From: Nitrospinota bacterium
GTDB taxonomy: Bacteria > UBA8248
Length of the DNA stretch: 58,187 nt
Direction: 5' to 3'
NCBI GenBank assembly: GCA_030754595.1
Contig: JASLZZ010000030.1
Location: 1-58,187, forward strand
How positions within the stretch are numbered: the stretch's first letter is position 1; every line of letters begins with the position of its first letter. The translations under genes were made by a program, and so were the position numbers. Below the pieces are notes generated by a model. The model ran no database searches, was not told the origin of the DNA, and was given only the letters and a program-made list of their open reading frames with translations. Positions 8,572-19,037 of this stretch are shown here, piece by piece.

Positions 8572-10206
8572 ATGTCAGCGCCTGAACGCACATTTCACGA
8601 GTTTTTTCGCGAGACCTGCTCCCGCGTCCCAGGAGAGGCAGCCCTCGTGGCCGACGGCGAGCGCTTCACCTACGAAGAGCTCTGGGAGAAAAGCGGGTGG
8701 CTGGCAAAATCCCTTCTCCGGATGGGTGTGAAACAGGGCGACCGGGTGGGCCTCTGGTTGCCGAACGGAGCCCCCTTCATCCTCTCTTTTCTCGCCGTCT
8801 CCCGCGTGGGCGCCATCGGCGTCTGCATCAATACCCGCTTCAGGAGCGATGAGCTCTCTTACCTGCTCGCCCACTCAGGGCTTTCGGTTCTCATTTGTCC
8901 GGATCGTTTCCTCGACATCGACTTCCACGGCCTGCTGCGCGAGGTCGCGCCCGGCCTGCGCGGAATCCCCGGTGGCGGGTGCGCGACCTCTGAAATTCCT
9001 ACGCTGGAGCGGGTCCTCATCGTAACGGACGGCCCCCCGCCCCCGGCCACCGCCTCGTTCGCCGAGGCGCTGTCTAGTGGCAAAGCCCTGGACGGGGCCC
9101 CGCTCGCCTCCGCCGAAGATAAGATCGAGCCCGGAGACACTTGCCTCCTCATGTACACCAGCGGGTCCACCGCGGCCCCCAAGGGTGTTCTCCTGAAACA
9201 CGCCGCGTGCGCCCGAAAACCGCTCGTCCTCGCCGAGCGCCTCCGCCTCCGGCCCGAGGACCGCTTTTACACCGCCATGCCCCTGTGTCACGCCGCCGGC
9301 CTGTTCAGCGGCTGGTGGCTCGCCGTCGCCGTGGGCGGGCCGTTTTTTACCCACAGCCGCTTCGAGGCGCTCCTCGCCCTCGAGACCCTTTCAAGGGAGC
9401 GAATCACGGTGGAGCGCTCATTTCCCACCCTGGTCAAGGACCAACTCGAGGCCTACGACGCCGACCGGGGGGCCTACGACCTATCCCACCTCCGGACAGG
9501 ACTATCGTCGAGCCTGAGCCCCGATGTCTTTGAGTTGATTGAGTCCCGTCTCGGGCCTCACCAGTACGTCAATAACTATGGATTCACCGAGGCGACCGGC
9601 CCGGTCTGCTTGTCGTCTCCAAACGATCCGCCCGAGGTCCGCTGGGGAAAAATGGGCAGGCCCCTCGAGGGGATGGAGCTAAAGGTCGCCGACCCGGACA
9701 CCGGCGAGCCCAGGGAGACCGGCGAGCAGGGCGAGATCATGGTCCGCGGGTGGGCGATGATGAAGGGCTACCACGACCCCCCGCCCGGGGCGGGCCCTGC
9801 CTTCGACGCAAGTGGCTGGTATCATTCGGGGGACCTGGGGTTTCTCGACCGGGAGGGATATCTGACCTATCTTGGCCGGGTGAGGGAGCGGCTCCGTGTC
9901 GGCGGAGAGAACGTCTCGCCCGAGGAGGTGGGCGTATTTCTCAGGCGACACCCCGACGTCGAGGCGGCCGAGGTGTTCGGCGTCCCCGACGAGCGGCTCG
10001 ACGAGGTTCCGGCGGCGGTCGTTCAGAGAAAGGCGGGCGCTTCGCTCCCCGAGGGCGAGCTTCTCGCGTATTGCCGGGAGGAGATTGCGGGGTTTAAGAT
10101 TCCCCGCCACATTCGCTTCGTCGAGGTCATGCCGCTCAATTCGAGCAACAAGATCAACCGGCGGAAGCTCAGGCGGGATATGCTCGATGAACTGGGCCTC
10201 AGCTGA
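8572..10206 (+). CDS. AMP-dependent synthetase/ligase (acyl-CoA synthetase).
   Basis: It carries the AMP-binding motif MYTSGSTAAPKGV and the C-terminal GWYHSGDLG and GFKIPRHIRF motifs. Confidence 0.85.
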   Translation: MSAPERTFHEFFRETCSRVPGEAALVADGERFTYEELWEKSGWLAKSLLRMGVKQGDRVGLWLPNGAPFILSFLAVSRVGAIGVCINTRFRSDELSYLLAHSGLSVLICPDRFLDIDFHGLLREVAPGLRGIPGGGCATSEIPTLERVLIVTDGPPPPATASFAEALSSGKALDGAPLASAEDKIEPGDTCLLMYTSGSTAAPKGVLLKHAACARKPLVLAERLRLRPEDRFYTAMPLCHAAGLFSGWWLAVAVGGPFFTHSRFEALLALETLSRERITVERSFPTLVKDQLEAYDADRGAYDLSHLRTGLSSSLSPDVFELIESRLGPHQYVNNYGFTEATGPVCLSSPNDPPEVRWGKMGRPLEGMELKVADPDTGEPRETGEQGEIMVRGWAMMKGYHDPPPGAGPAFDASGWYHSGDLGFLDREGYLTYLGRVRERLRVGGENVSPEEVGVFLRRHPDVEAAEVFGVPDERLDEVPAAVVQRKAGASLPEGELLAYCREEIAGFKIPRHIRFVEVMPLNSSNKINRRKLRRDMLDELGLS

Positions 10207-10276
10207 GAGTAAGAGAAGCTCCGAGTAAGGCGGGCTCCGCCGGCCGCGCCGTAACCGATAACGGGAGAGGATCGAA

Positions 10277-11038
10277 ATGGCTCTGATCGAATACGAAGTC
10301 AAGGACAAGCTGGCCTTCATCACCCTGAACCGGCCCGAAAAAATGAACGCCATCAACGAGGAAATGGTCGGCCTGATGTTCGATATTCTCGACGAGGTGG
10401 CGAGCGACGATGGCGTCTGGGCCTGCATCATCACCGGCGAGGGCAAGGCCTTCTCGAGCGGCCACGATCTGACCTACTTCACCGGCGAGCGGACCCAGGA
10501 AGCCCGGCCCGTCTCGGACCTCTACCAGACCATCCTAGAGCTTCCGAGGCCGTGTTTTGCCGCCATCAACGGCATCTGCCTGGCCGGGGGGGCGGGCATC
10601 GCCCTCTCCACCGACATCCGCCTCATGTCCGAGGAGGCGAAGATCGGCTGGCCGCAGGTGAAGCGCGGGGTCTCGTCGGTGAGCGGCCCGTTCCTGCTCG
10701 CCAACCTCGTCCCGCGGAACATCGCATACGAAATTCTCTTCACCGGGGAATTCCTGATCGCAAAGCAGGCCCATGAGTTCGGGCTGGTCAACCACATCGT
10801 CCCCGATGGAAAAAACACCCTCGAGGAGACCGAGGCTCTCGCCCGGAAGGTGATGAAAAACGCGCCTCTGGCGATCCGGGCCATCAAGGACTTCACCGTG
10901 CGCGCAACCCACCTGAGCAACAGCGACGCCCTCCGGATGGGGGATTTGCTTTTCAAAAAACTCGTGGACAGCGACGACGGCCAGGAGGGCCTCGCCGCCT
11001 TCCTCGAAAAGCGCGAGCCGAAATGGGGGAACCGCTAG
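10277..11038 (+). CDS. Enoyl-CoA hydratase/isomerase (crotonase family).
   Basis: 253 aa with the oxyanion-hole motifs AAINGICLAGG and GISS. Confidence 0.85.
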   Translation: MALIEYEVKDKLAFITLNRPEKMNAINEEMVGLMFDILDEVASDDGVWACIITGEGKAFSSGHDLTYFTGERTQEARPVSDLYQTILELPRPCFAAINGICLAGGAGIALSTDIRLMSEEAKIGWPQVKRGVSSVSGPFLLANLVPRNIAYEILFTGEFLIAKQAHEFGLVNHIVPDGKNTLEETEALARKVMKNAPLAIRAIKDFTVRATHLSNSDALRMGDLLFKKLVDSDDGQEGLAAFLEKREPKWGNR

Positions 11039-11177
11039 GCCGGGCCGCCGGCGCCCGGGCGCGTTGAAGTCCCGCCGCTCCCCGTTGACACGGAGCGCCC
11101 ATCGGCCCAGTCTAGCCGTGAAATCAGAGCCGCCCCCGGGAGGGGCGGCCCCCGCAACTACAATCAAATATTGACGC

Positions 11178-11269
<92 letters not shown>

Positions 11270-11326
11270 TTTCTGCCCGGACCGCCTCCGGGCAAAACCC
11301 CTACTCTTCCTGACAGGAGCTCTTAA

Positions 11327-12169
11327 ATGAGGATTTTCCTCGCCTCCGCGATTTTAATGCTACTCACCGCCCTACCCGCCCAGCCCGCGCTGGCGCAGGA
11401 AGTCAAGAAAACGGACCCCGCCAACCCCGTCGCCGTCATGAAGACGAATCACGGGGATATCGAAATCGAACTCTTCTCCAAGGCCGCACCCAAGACCGTG
11501 GCGAATTTCATCGGCCTCGCCGAGGGGACAAAAGAGTACAAAGACATCAAAACCGGGAAGAAAACCAAGGGGAATTTTTTCGACGGAGTGATCTTTCACC
11601 GCGTGATCGAGGGCTTCATGATTCAGGGCGGCGACCCCAGGGGCACCGGCACCGGCGGACCCGGCTATCGGTTCGAGGACGAAATCAACGCCACCGCCCT
11701 CGGACTGGACTCCCTAAAAGCCGTCCAAAAAAACGGCGGGGCGCACCGCTATCTTTCGATCCGCTCCCAGCGCGACTTCCAGCGTATCATCCTTATGCCG
11801 CTATTCCGCACCTTGGGAATCCGGAGCCAGGCCGAACTCAACTCCAGAAAAGACAAACTGCAAAAAAAGATCGATGAACTCACCGTCAAGAAAGTTTACG
11901 AAAACCAGGGATACGTTTACTCGAGCAACCTCAAGTCCCACCACCCGAAACGCGGTGTCATCGCCATGGCCAACTCCGGGCCGAACACGAACGGCTCGCA
12001 GTTTTTCATCAACCTCGTGGACACACCTCACCTCACCGGCAAGCACACGGTCTTCGGAAAAGTAATCAAGGGAATGAGCGTGGTGGACAAGATCAGCGGC
12101 GTCCCCGTGGGGCACGGAAGCAAACCCAAAAAAGAAGTGCAGATCATCTCGGTGCGCATCAAAAAATAA
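11327..12169 (+). CDS. Peptidyl-prolyl cis-trans isomerase of the cyclophilin type, secreted (signal peptide), with an insertion.
   Basis: Cyclophilin motifs FHRVIEGFMIQGGDP and HTVFGKV. The N-terminus is hydrophobic and ends AQPALA. Confidence 0.85.
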   Translation: MRIFLASAILMLLTALPAQPALAQEVKKTDPANPVAVMKTNHGDIEIELFSKAAPKTVANFIGLAEGTKEYKDIKTGKKTKGNFFDGVIFHRVIEGFMIQGGDPRGTGTGGPGYRFEDEINATALGLDSLKAVQKNGGAHRYLSIRSQRDFQRIILMPLFRTLGIRSQAELNSRKDKLQKKIDELTVKKVYENQGYVYSSNLKSHHPKRGVIAMANSGPNTNGSQFFINLVDTPHLTGKHTVFGKVIKGMSVVDKISGVPVGHGSKPKKEVQIISVRIKK

Positions 12170-12187
12170 CAGGAAAAAAACGCTGGC

Positions 12188-12796
12188 CTAAAGCTCTTTT
12201 CGCCCTTCGAGCGAGCGGGTGAGCGTCAACTCGTCGGCGTATTCGAGGTGGCTGCCCATCGGGAGGCCCTGGGCAAGCTGGGTGACGCGCACCCCGAGCG
12301 GTTTGAGCACCTTCGCGAGATAAAGGGATGTTCCCTCGCCCGCCATGGTTGGATTCAAGGCGAGGATAACCTCCTTCACCCCTTCTTCTTTAATGCGGTC
12401 CATCAAGTCCCCGATGGTCAGATCTTCGGGGTTCACTCCGTCCAAAGGCGAGATCACCCCCATCAGCACGTGAAATTTCCCACGGAACCCGCTCGCCCGC
12501 TCGATGGCGAAAACATCGGCGGGTTCCTGGACCACGCAGATGACCGACGGCTCGCGGCCGCCACACACCGTGCAATTCTCGCCCCCCGCCTCCCCCTCCA
12601 CGAGGATGTGGCACCGCCCGCAGAGATTCACGCGCTCGTGGAGCGATTCGCACGAGGCCGCGATCAGCGAGGCGGACTCGGGGTCCTGGGTCAAGAGATG
12701 AAAGACAATCCGCTGAGCCCCCTTGGGTCCGATGCCGGGGAGCCGGCGGAAAGCGTTCACGCATTCCTGAATCGCGGGAAATTGATCGAGCGGCAT
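12188..12796 (-). CDS. recR: Recombination protein RecR.
   Basis: It has the HhH motif and a C4 zinc finger (CGRCHIL...CTVCG), followed by a Toprim domain. Confidence 0.9.
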   Translation of the reverse strand: MPLDQFPAIQECVNAFRRLPGIGPKGAQRIVFHLLTQDPESASLIAASCESLHERVNLCGRCHILVEGEAGGENCTVCGGREPSVICVVQEPADVFAIERASGFRGKFHVLMGVISPLDGVNPEDLTIGDLMDRIKEEGVKEVILALNPTMAGEGTSLYLAKVLKPLGVRVTQLAQGLPMGSHLEYADELTLTRSLEGRKEL

Positions 12797-12824
12797 GCGC
12801 CACCCTCCGTATCAGCGGGAGATA

Positions 12825-12998
12825 CTACCTGCCCACCCAAAAGGAAAAGGCCAGAAACGCCGCCAGGGCGCCGGCCATGAGAATCGGCCCGAGGAGGTTT
12901 GAGCCGATATCGGCCCGGTGGCCGCAGACCGGACACCGGCTGAAGCGAAATTCCTCGCGGGCGCCGTGATGGCTACACCGCTCGCAAAGAGCGGTCAC
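12825..12998 (-). CDS. Possible small membrane-anchored zinc-ribbon protein with a GTG start. A second 30-aa CxxC ORF lies upstream at 13011-13103.
   Basis: Two short minus-strand ORFs with CxxC...CxxC motifs and a C-terminal hydrophobic helix sit in the 319-bp gap between ybaB and recR. They are below the ORF-track length threshold. Confidence 0.2.
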   Translation of the reverse strand: MTALCERCSHHGAREEFRFSRCPVCGHRADIGSNLLGPILMAGALAAFLAFSFWVGR

Positions 12999-13115
12999 CA
13001 GGTGCGAGCCTCAGGAAGGGCAGAGCAAGTCGCCCGGCCCCACATGCGCTCCGCAGTGGCCGCACTTCAGGCCGGTTCTCGCGGCTGGACCCGGCTGCGA
13101 CATCCGTAGTCCTTC

Positions 13116-13433
13116 CTACATGAGACCGGGAATATTCATTCCGCCCGTGATTTTCTTCATCTCCTCGGCGGCCAGATCCCGCCCCTTTTTTATCGCCTCG
13201 TTGCAGGCCGCCCGGACAAGGTCCTCGAGCATCTCCACATCCTCCGGATCGACGACCTCTTTTTCGATACTGACGGAAACGAGATCGCCCACGCCATTCG
13301 CCTTGGCTTTGACCATCCCGCCCCCGGCGGCCGCCTCGACCGTGCGTCCGGCCATCTCCTCCTGGATTTTCGCCATCTTGTCCTGCATCTGGCGAGCCTG
13401 CTTCATCAAATTTCCCATTCCGCCTTTAAGCAT
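13116..13433 (-). CDS. ybaB: Nucleoid-associated protein YbaB/EbfC.
   Basis: 105 aa of the YbaB family, in the conserved dnaX-ybaB-recR context. Confidence 0.85.
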   Translation of the reverse strand: MLKGGMGNLMKQARQMQDKMAKIQEEMAGRTVEAAAGGGMVKAKANGVGDLVSVSIEKEVVDPEDVEMLEDLVRAACNEAIKKGRDLAAEEMKKITGGMNIPGLM

Positions 13434-15199
13434 TACCGATCTCCATTCGCTTGGCCGCCCTTGTTCCGGGCCTGCCGGATGTTCGATATTTGTCCGTCGA
13501 ATATATCGATTACTTCCTGAATGAACGCCTCCTCAGATTCTTTTCTTTTCTTCCGCTCCCCCTCCAGAGCGGGGTCCGCGGGCGCGGGCGGAGGCTCCTT
13601 CAGGGATTCCTCGAGCACCACCTTGACCGGCCAGGCCGCCTCGGCCCCGAAATAGGCCTCGAGCGAGGGCACCGCCTCCCGGACCATCTCGAATGCCTGG
13701 GCGTGACCGTTGTCCGACGGAAAAATGATTTTGATGATGCCCACGGCCGTCAAGTCCGCCTCCATCCCCTTCAAAAGCTCTCTTTGGGAGGGACGCAGCA
13801 CCTTGAGAGCCTCGGCCCAAACCCGCCTGACCTCCTCAGGATTCCACGCCGCCCGAGTCGGGCTCGCCACCACTTTCGCCTCCGGCGGCGATGCGCCGGC
13901 GGGCGGCGAACCAGCGGGCTCCGGCCCCGGTGTTTGAGACCTGGCGACCTGAGCGGGTTGCGATGATTCCGGCCCACCCCCCCGGCCCGATGCGAAAGCC
14001 GAACTCGATGCAGGTGGTGAACCCGGCGCGGGAGCCGAACCCGGCGCGGAGCCGGAAGCTCCGGATTCGATCTTTTCGATCAGATCGTCCAGATCGGCGA
14101 TGACTTCGAGGCGGCACATTCGGATAACAGCCAGTTCAATCGACATCCTCGGATGCGTGGTGGTGCGCAGTTCGAACTCTCCGTTCTGAAGAATGGAATA
14201 CGCCTGATGGGCCTCGGCGAAGGAGAGCTTCGCAGCCAGCTCCTTGCGCTCCTCCATCTCGACCGGCCCGAGATTGAAAAGCGCCTCGTCGTCCCCCGCC
14301 GACTGGAGCACCATGATATCGTGCAGGAACTCGAGCAGGCTTCCGCAAAAAAGGCGCAAGTCGTGGCCCGCGTCGAAGATTTCGTTCAACTCGCGCAGGG
14401 CGGCGCGCGCGTCGCGCTCGGCGACGGCTGAAATAATATGGCTGTAAACTTCCGAAGGGGGGACTCCGAGAACACCCTCCACCCCCCGGGCGGTCAGCCC
14501 CCCCTCGCCCGAGAAGGCGATTACCTGATCGAGCAGGGACTGGGCGTCCCGCATGCTTCCCTCGCCCATTCGCGCCAGAAGGCGAAGGGCGTCCTCCTCG
14601 ATCTCGATTCCCTGGTCCCCGGCGATACGCGAGAGCTGCTCGGCGATGACGCCGGGTGCGATCCGCCGGAACTCAAATACCTGGCACCGGCTCAGAATCG
14701 TCTCCGGGACCTTCTGAAGCTCAGTGGTGGCGAACATGAAAACGACGTGGGGCGGGGGCTCCTCGAGCGTCTTGAGGAGGGCGTTGAACGCCCCTCTCGA
14801 GAGCATATGCACCTCGTCGATGATGACGGTTTTGTAACGCCCCCGCGCAGGCCGGTAGCGCAGCCCCTCGCGAAGCTCGCGTACGTTGTCCACGCCAGTA
14901 TAGGTCGCGCCGTCGATCTCGAGTACATCGGGATGAGAGCCCCGGACGATCTCCTCGCACGCGGAGCATTGATCGCAGGGCTCGGCCACCGGCCCATCCC
15001 CGGACTCGCAGTTGAGCGCCTTGGCGAGGATTCGAGCGGTGGTGGTCTTGCCGACCCCGCGGGTTCCGCTAAAGAGGTAGGCCGAGGCGAGGCGCCCGGC
15101 ATCGAGGGCATTCGTGAGGGTGCGGCGGATGTGCTCCTGGCCGACAAGATCCTCGAAGCGCTGGGGACGCCATTTTCGGGCGCTGCCGATGTAATTCAT
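13433..15199 (-). CDS. dnaX: DNA polymerase III subunit gamma/tau.
   Basis: The AAA+ motifs GTRGVGKTT and DEVHM, a zinc module (CDQCSAC), and a Pro/Ala/Ser-rich linker. Confidence 0.9.
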   Translation of the reverse strand: MNYIGSARKWRPQRFEDLVGQEHIRRTLTNALDAGRLASAYLFSGTRGVGKTTTARILAKALNCESGDGPVAEPCDQCSACEEIVRGSHPDVLEIDGATYTGVDNVRELREGLRYRPARGRYKTVIIDEVHMLSRGAFNALLKTLEEPPPHVVFMFATTELQKVPETILSRCQVFEFRRIAPGVIAEQLSRIAGDQGIEIEEDALRLLARMGEGSMRDAQSLLDQVIAFSGEGGLTARGVEGVLGVPPSEVYSHIISAVAERDARAALRELNEIFDAGHDLRLFCGSLLEFLHDIMVLQSAGDDEALFNLGPVEMEERKELAAKLSFAEAHQAYSILQNGEFELRTTTHPRMSIELAVIRMCRLEVIADLDDLIEKIESGASGSAPGSAPAPGSPPASSSAFASGRGGGPESSQPAQVARSQTPGPEPAGSPPAGASPPEAKVVASPTRAAWNPEEVRRVWAEALKVLRPSQRELLKGMEADLTAVGIIKIIFPSDNGHAQAFEMVREAVPSLEAYFGAEAAWPVKVVLEESLKEPPPAPADPALEGERKKRKESEEAFIQEVIDIFDGQISNIRQARNKGGQANGDR

Positions 15200-15269
15200 C
15201 CTGCGGACCTCTCAACGCTCAACCGAGAGAAACCGAAACACAACAAACGTAACTTTCCCAATCCAAGGC

Positions 15270-15400
<131 letters not shown>

Positions 15401-15548
15401 GAGCGAAACTTTGGCTGGGATTCGAAGTTTGGCGCCGGCGGCAGGCTCCGTTGGCTCCGCCCGGCCTCGGACGTATCCTAGCGCGGCCCCCCCCGCTTTG
15501 GAAAGGGGAGAGATACTTTTTATTTCACAACGATACAAACCATGGGCC

Positions 15549-16352
15549 TTACTTCAAGGAGGCGACGAGGACGACTCCCGAAACAATCAGGCAGGCTCCG
15601 CCCACGATCCGGGGGGTGATCTTCTCATGGCTGCCCAACAACAAATAGGTCAGGACCAGCGCAAAAAGCGGGGCCGCCGCCAAAACCGGGCCTATCAGGG
15701 ACACCTGCCCGCTACGCAGGGCAAATAGAAGACTGAGCAGAGCAGCCGCCATCGCCAACCCCGCCAGAAGGAAATACCGCACCGATCGGGGGTTGAACGC
15801 ATAGGCGTGTCCCCGGGTGGCAATCTTGAGGATTATGGGAGCCACCGCCGCCGCCGAGGCCGCCTGGAGAAACCCGCCGAAAAGCAGTGAATCCATCCCA
15901 CCAAACCCAATTTTTCGGAGATTGTGGGCCAGCCCGAAGCAGATGGCCGACATGACCGGTATCCAGATGTAGCGCCAATGCTTCCGCATGTCGGCTCCCC
16001 CCATCAGGAGCCAAACGCCGCATACGACAATCGCGATTCCCAACCATATGACCGGATGGGGACGCTCCCCGAGGATGAAAAACGCCAAGAAAGGCCCGAA
16101 AAAAGCGTTCGTGATGACGATGGCGTTCGTCGGGGCCACCCCCATTTGAGCGATGGATCGATACATGAACAAAAGCGAAAGCGCGGGCGAGGAGATTCCC
16201 GCCCCGGCAAACGCGGCCCAGTGCCACGAGAAGGCTATCCGGGAAAAATCCACCCAGGCCAACGCGATGAAAAAGATCACGAAGTTGAACAGGAGGACGA
16301 CGAGGCTACCGGTGTGGGGGGTGCTTCCTTCCAGTCCCCGCCGCGTCAGCAC
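15549..16352 (-). CDS. EamA/DMT-superfamily transporter.
   Basis: 267 aa, polytopic membrane protein with two EamA-like repeats. Confidence 0.65.
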   Translation of the reverse strand: MLTRRGLEGSTPHTGSLVVLLFNFVIFFIALAWVDFSRIAFSWHWAAFAGAGISSPALSLLFMYRSIAQMGVAPTNAIVITNAFFGPFLAFFILGERPHPVIWLGIAIVVCGVWLLMGGADMRKHWRYIWIPVMSAICFGLAHNLRKIGFGGMDSLLFGGFLQAASAAAVAPIILKIATRGHAYAFNPRSVRYFLLAGLAMAAALLSLLFALRSGQVSLIGPVLAAAPLFALVLTYLLLGSHEKITPRIVGGACLIVSGVVLVASLK

Positions 16353-16503
16353 AGAGGAAAGGGAAAACAGGAAAGCGGGTACAAGAGCGACTGCTTCAAA
16401 GGGAATCAGGGACCCACCCTCCTCGTGCTCGCCGGCTGGCGGGGAGGGCGGTCCCGCTCAATGCAACGAAAATCTAAGCTGATACGGCCCAACAAAGCTC
16501 CGA

Positions 16504-17127
16504 TCAATAAAGACGGGTCACATAGCCTTCCTGGATGGCTTTTTCCGTCTCCTCTGCTGATTCGTCGTCGCCGATCTGGTCCTTGAAAATCTGGCCCAGC
16601 GTCGGGAACGAGCTTCGCTCGATATGCCTTTCGGGGTCCCACAGATGGGAGCGCATCAGCGCCTTGGCGCAGTGCATAAACACTTCCACGACCTCGACGA
16701 TCAATCCCGTTTTGGGGCACTTGCCCCGAACCGACAACTGCTTGAGGAGCGCTTTGTCCGTCGTCACCCGCGCCTTGCCGTTGATGCGAAGCGTTTCGTT
16801 CATGCCCGGCAGCAGGAACAACATGCCAATGTTGGGGTTCTCCATAATGTTCTTCATCGAATCCACGCGGTTGTTCCCCATCCGGTCGGGTACGATCAAG
16901 GTGTGATCGTCCACCACCTTGACAAATCCGGGCGCGTCTCCCCGGGGAGAGGCGTCGGTTCCCAGCGAACTCGATGATGTGGACAAAACGAAAAACGGCG
17001 AAAGGGAAATAAAATGACGGGTGTGATTATCGAGTTTGTACATCTCTTTTTTAGCGGCGCGTTTATTTGCATCTCCGTAGCAATCGTACAAGGATTCCCT
17101 AGTTGTAATCTCGTTTGGTTCCATCAT
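16504..17127 (-). CDS. Pyridoxamine 5'-phosphate oxidase family FMN-binding protein.
   Basis: Split-barrel PPOX motifs. The start is taken at MMEPNEITT, and the track ORF extends upstream to 17274. Confidence 0.65.
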   Translation of the reverse strand: MMEPNEITTRESLYDCYGDANKRAAKKEMYKLDNHTRHFISLSPFFVLSTSSSSLGTDASPRGDAPGFVKVVDDHTLIVPDRMGNNRVDSMKNIMENPNIGMLFLLPGMNETLRINGKARVTTDKALLKQLSVRGKCPKTGLIVEVVEVFMHCAKALMRSHLWDPERHIERSSFPTLGQIFKDQIGDDESAEETEKAIQEGYVTRLY

Positions 17128-17255
17128 ATCGCCTCCCCCGGCCGCACAGAAAATGGAATCACACTTCCTGAATGAGGCCATTATACCCGATCGACCTCGA
17201 AACGGGCACCGCCGGAGGGCTCCCCGGGCGGAAAGCTCTCCGAACGGAAAGCTTC

Positions 17256-17420
17256 CTAAAGCACTACCCCCCAACTAGGCAAGAAGTCCCTCGAGCCGCG
17301 CACAGGCCTCCGGCGGCAGGCGCGCCAACCCAGGAGCCCCACGTAAAAATCGATAGATTTCTCCAAGTCGCGGACCTTCAGGGCAAGGTGATCGAGGCAC
17401 TTAAATTTAGGCCGCTCCAT
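17256..17420 (-). pseudogene. N-terminal fragment of a glyoxalase/VOC-family gene, a remnant.
   Basis: MERPKFKCLDHLALKVRDLEKSIDFYVGLLGW is a typical VOC N-terminus, but the frame then degenerates and no continuation exists. Confidence 0.4.
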
Positions 17421-17875
17421 CGAGGTATCTCTCCTTAACAATTATCAATCTCTCTCATTCAACACGATACGGAATTTACGAATATGAGCCAAGCGCGGAA
17501 TACGGGCGGCCCGCGCATAAGACAGCCCGAAACTGGGTCCGATTTTCTAATCCAATCCTTATCAATTATTATTGTACCACCAATTAAACTGACGGCATCC
17601 CGCCCCGGCGATGCGGCAATCACGATGACCGGCCCCAGAAAAAGGCCGATCGCCCGGCGCCGCGGAAAACGTTCGGCCCCAGGCGAGCATCCCGCTTCGG
17701 GCAACGCGACTTGAATTAATCCGGTTTAATGGCCATGCTAAGGTATTAATTCATGATCTCTTTAACGGGGCCGCCGGTATTTTCGGGTTTTCGAGTTCCG
17801 CTCCCCAGTTAGGTGATTTGAGGCTATTTCCGCCACAAAACGGCAATCCATCCTTTCATGAAATTCAATCATTAG

Positions 17876-18805
17876 GTGAGCAAAGTGAAAATTCTTCGTT
17901 TTAACGACGACAAAATCGGCGTAATCAAAGATGGCGACAAGGTCGTGGACGTGAGCGGCGTGATAAGCCACCGCGAGTTGAAAGGCCCACAGAGGGCCAT
18001 CGAGGAGTTGATCGAAAATTTCGGCGACCTGCGGGACGATATCGCCCAAATTGCCGCGCGCGAAGATGGCGCTTCCCTCGAGAGCGTTCGCCTTCTCTCT
18101 CCGGTCCCCCGGCCCGGCAAATGTCTGGGGGCATTTTTGAACTATCTCGACCAGGGCAAGACGGCGGACGACCTGCCACTGGAATTCTTTTATATGGACC
18201 CGCTCCTTCCCGGCCCGGGGGCGACCATCGAGCTCGTTGAAATCCCCGAAATCACAGAGTTCCAGACCGAGGCTGAGCTCGCCTTCGTTATCGGTAAGAG
18301 GGCGAAGAACGTCACCGAAGAGGAAGCCATGGACCACGTATTCGGCTATTTGCCCCTCTTCGATATCTCGGTCCGCGGAATCACGCGCTACACCCGGTTC
18401 CTGACAAAAGGCCAAGGCAGCCACGGGCCCTGCGGCCCTTGGATCACCACGAAGGACGAGATACCCGACCCCCATGATGTCACCGTGCGCTCCTGGGTGA
18501 ACGGAGAGCCGTCCCAGGATTTCAGCACCCGGCACATGGCCCATAAGATTCCCGCGCAGGTGGCTTGGCTGAGCCGCTTCGTCGATCTCGAGCCCGGCGA
18601 CGTTATCGCCACCGGGACTTATCATGAGGGGAGAAAACCCATCAAGGACGGCGACCTCGCGGAAATCGAGATCGAAGGAATGGGCAAAGCCGGATTCCGG
18701 TCGAAAGGCTACAGCCCGGTAAAATCTCCCGCCACCGGGGGCGCGCCCACCGGCCCCAGACCCTCTCCCGGCCCCGCCGACGCCGCTAAAATCACCCGAG
18801 TCTGA
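17876..18805 (+). CDS. Fumarylacetoacetate hydrolase (FAH) family protein, a second copy, with a GTG start.
   Basis: FAH-fold motifs, plus a C-terminal Pro/Gly-rich tail. Confidence 0.8.
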   Translation: MSKVKILRFNDDKIGVIKDGDKVVDVSGVISHRELKGPQRAIEELIENFGDLRDDIAQIAAREDGASLESVRLLSPVPRPGKCLGAFLNYLDQGKTADDLPLEFFYMDPLLPGPGATIELVEIPEITEFQTEAELAFVIGKRAKNVTEEEAMDHVFGYLPLFDISVRGITRYTRFLTKGQGSHGPCGPWITTKDEIPDPHDVTVRSWVNGEPSQDFSTRHMAHKIPAQVAWLSRFVDLEPGDVIATGTYHEGRKPIKDGDLAEIEIEGMGKAGFRSKGYSPVKSPATGGAPTGPRPSPGPADAAKITRV

Positions 18806-19037
18806 CGAGACGGCCGCATCCGGAATTTGAAGTGAAAAGCGGAAAGATAAATCTTGCGCGATTTTTCTGCCACGCTGTTACCGGTGGGCCGGCCCTGCTA
18901 TCATGTCCGCTCCTTCCGGACCATGAATTTTTTTAAATGTCTCTCGTTGTCCAAAATACTCCAAAGACCTAAAATCCTGCCGGAAAGAAAGCTGCGTTTC
19001 CCTCGTTTTCGGTATTTTTTTCTAACAATAATTATGG

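Noticed and set aside
10535-11167. A 210-aa minus-strand ORF opposite the enoyl-CoA hydratase gene.
   Set aside because: It is an antisense shadow of a gene with clear crotonase motifs.
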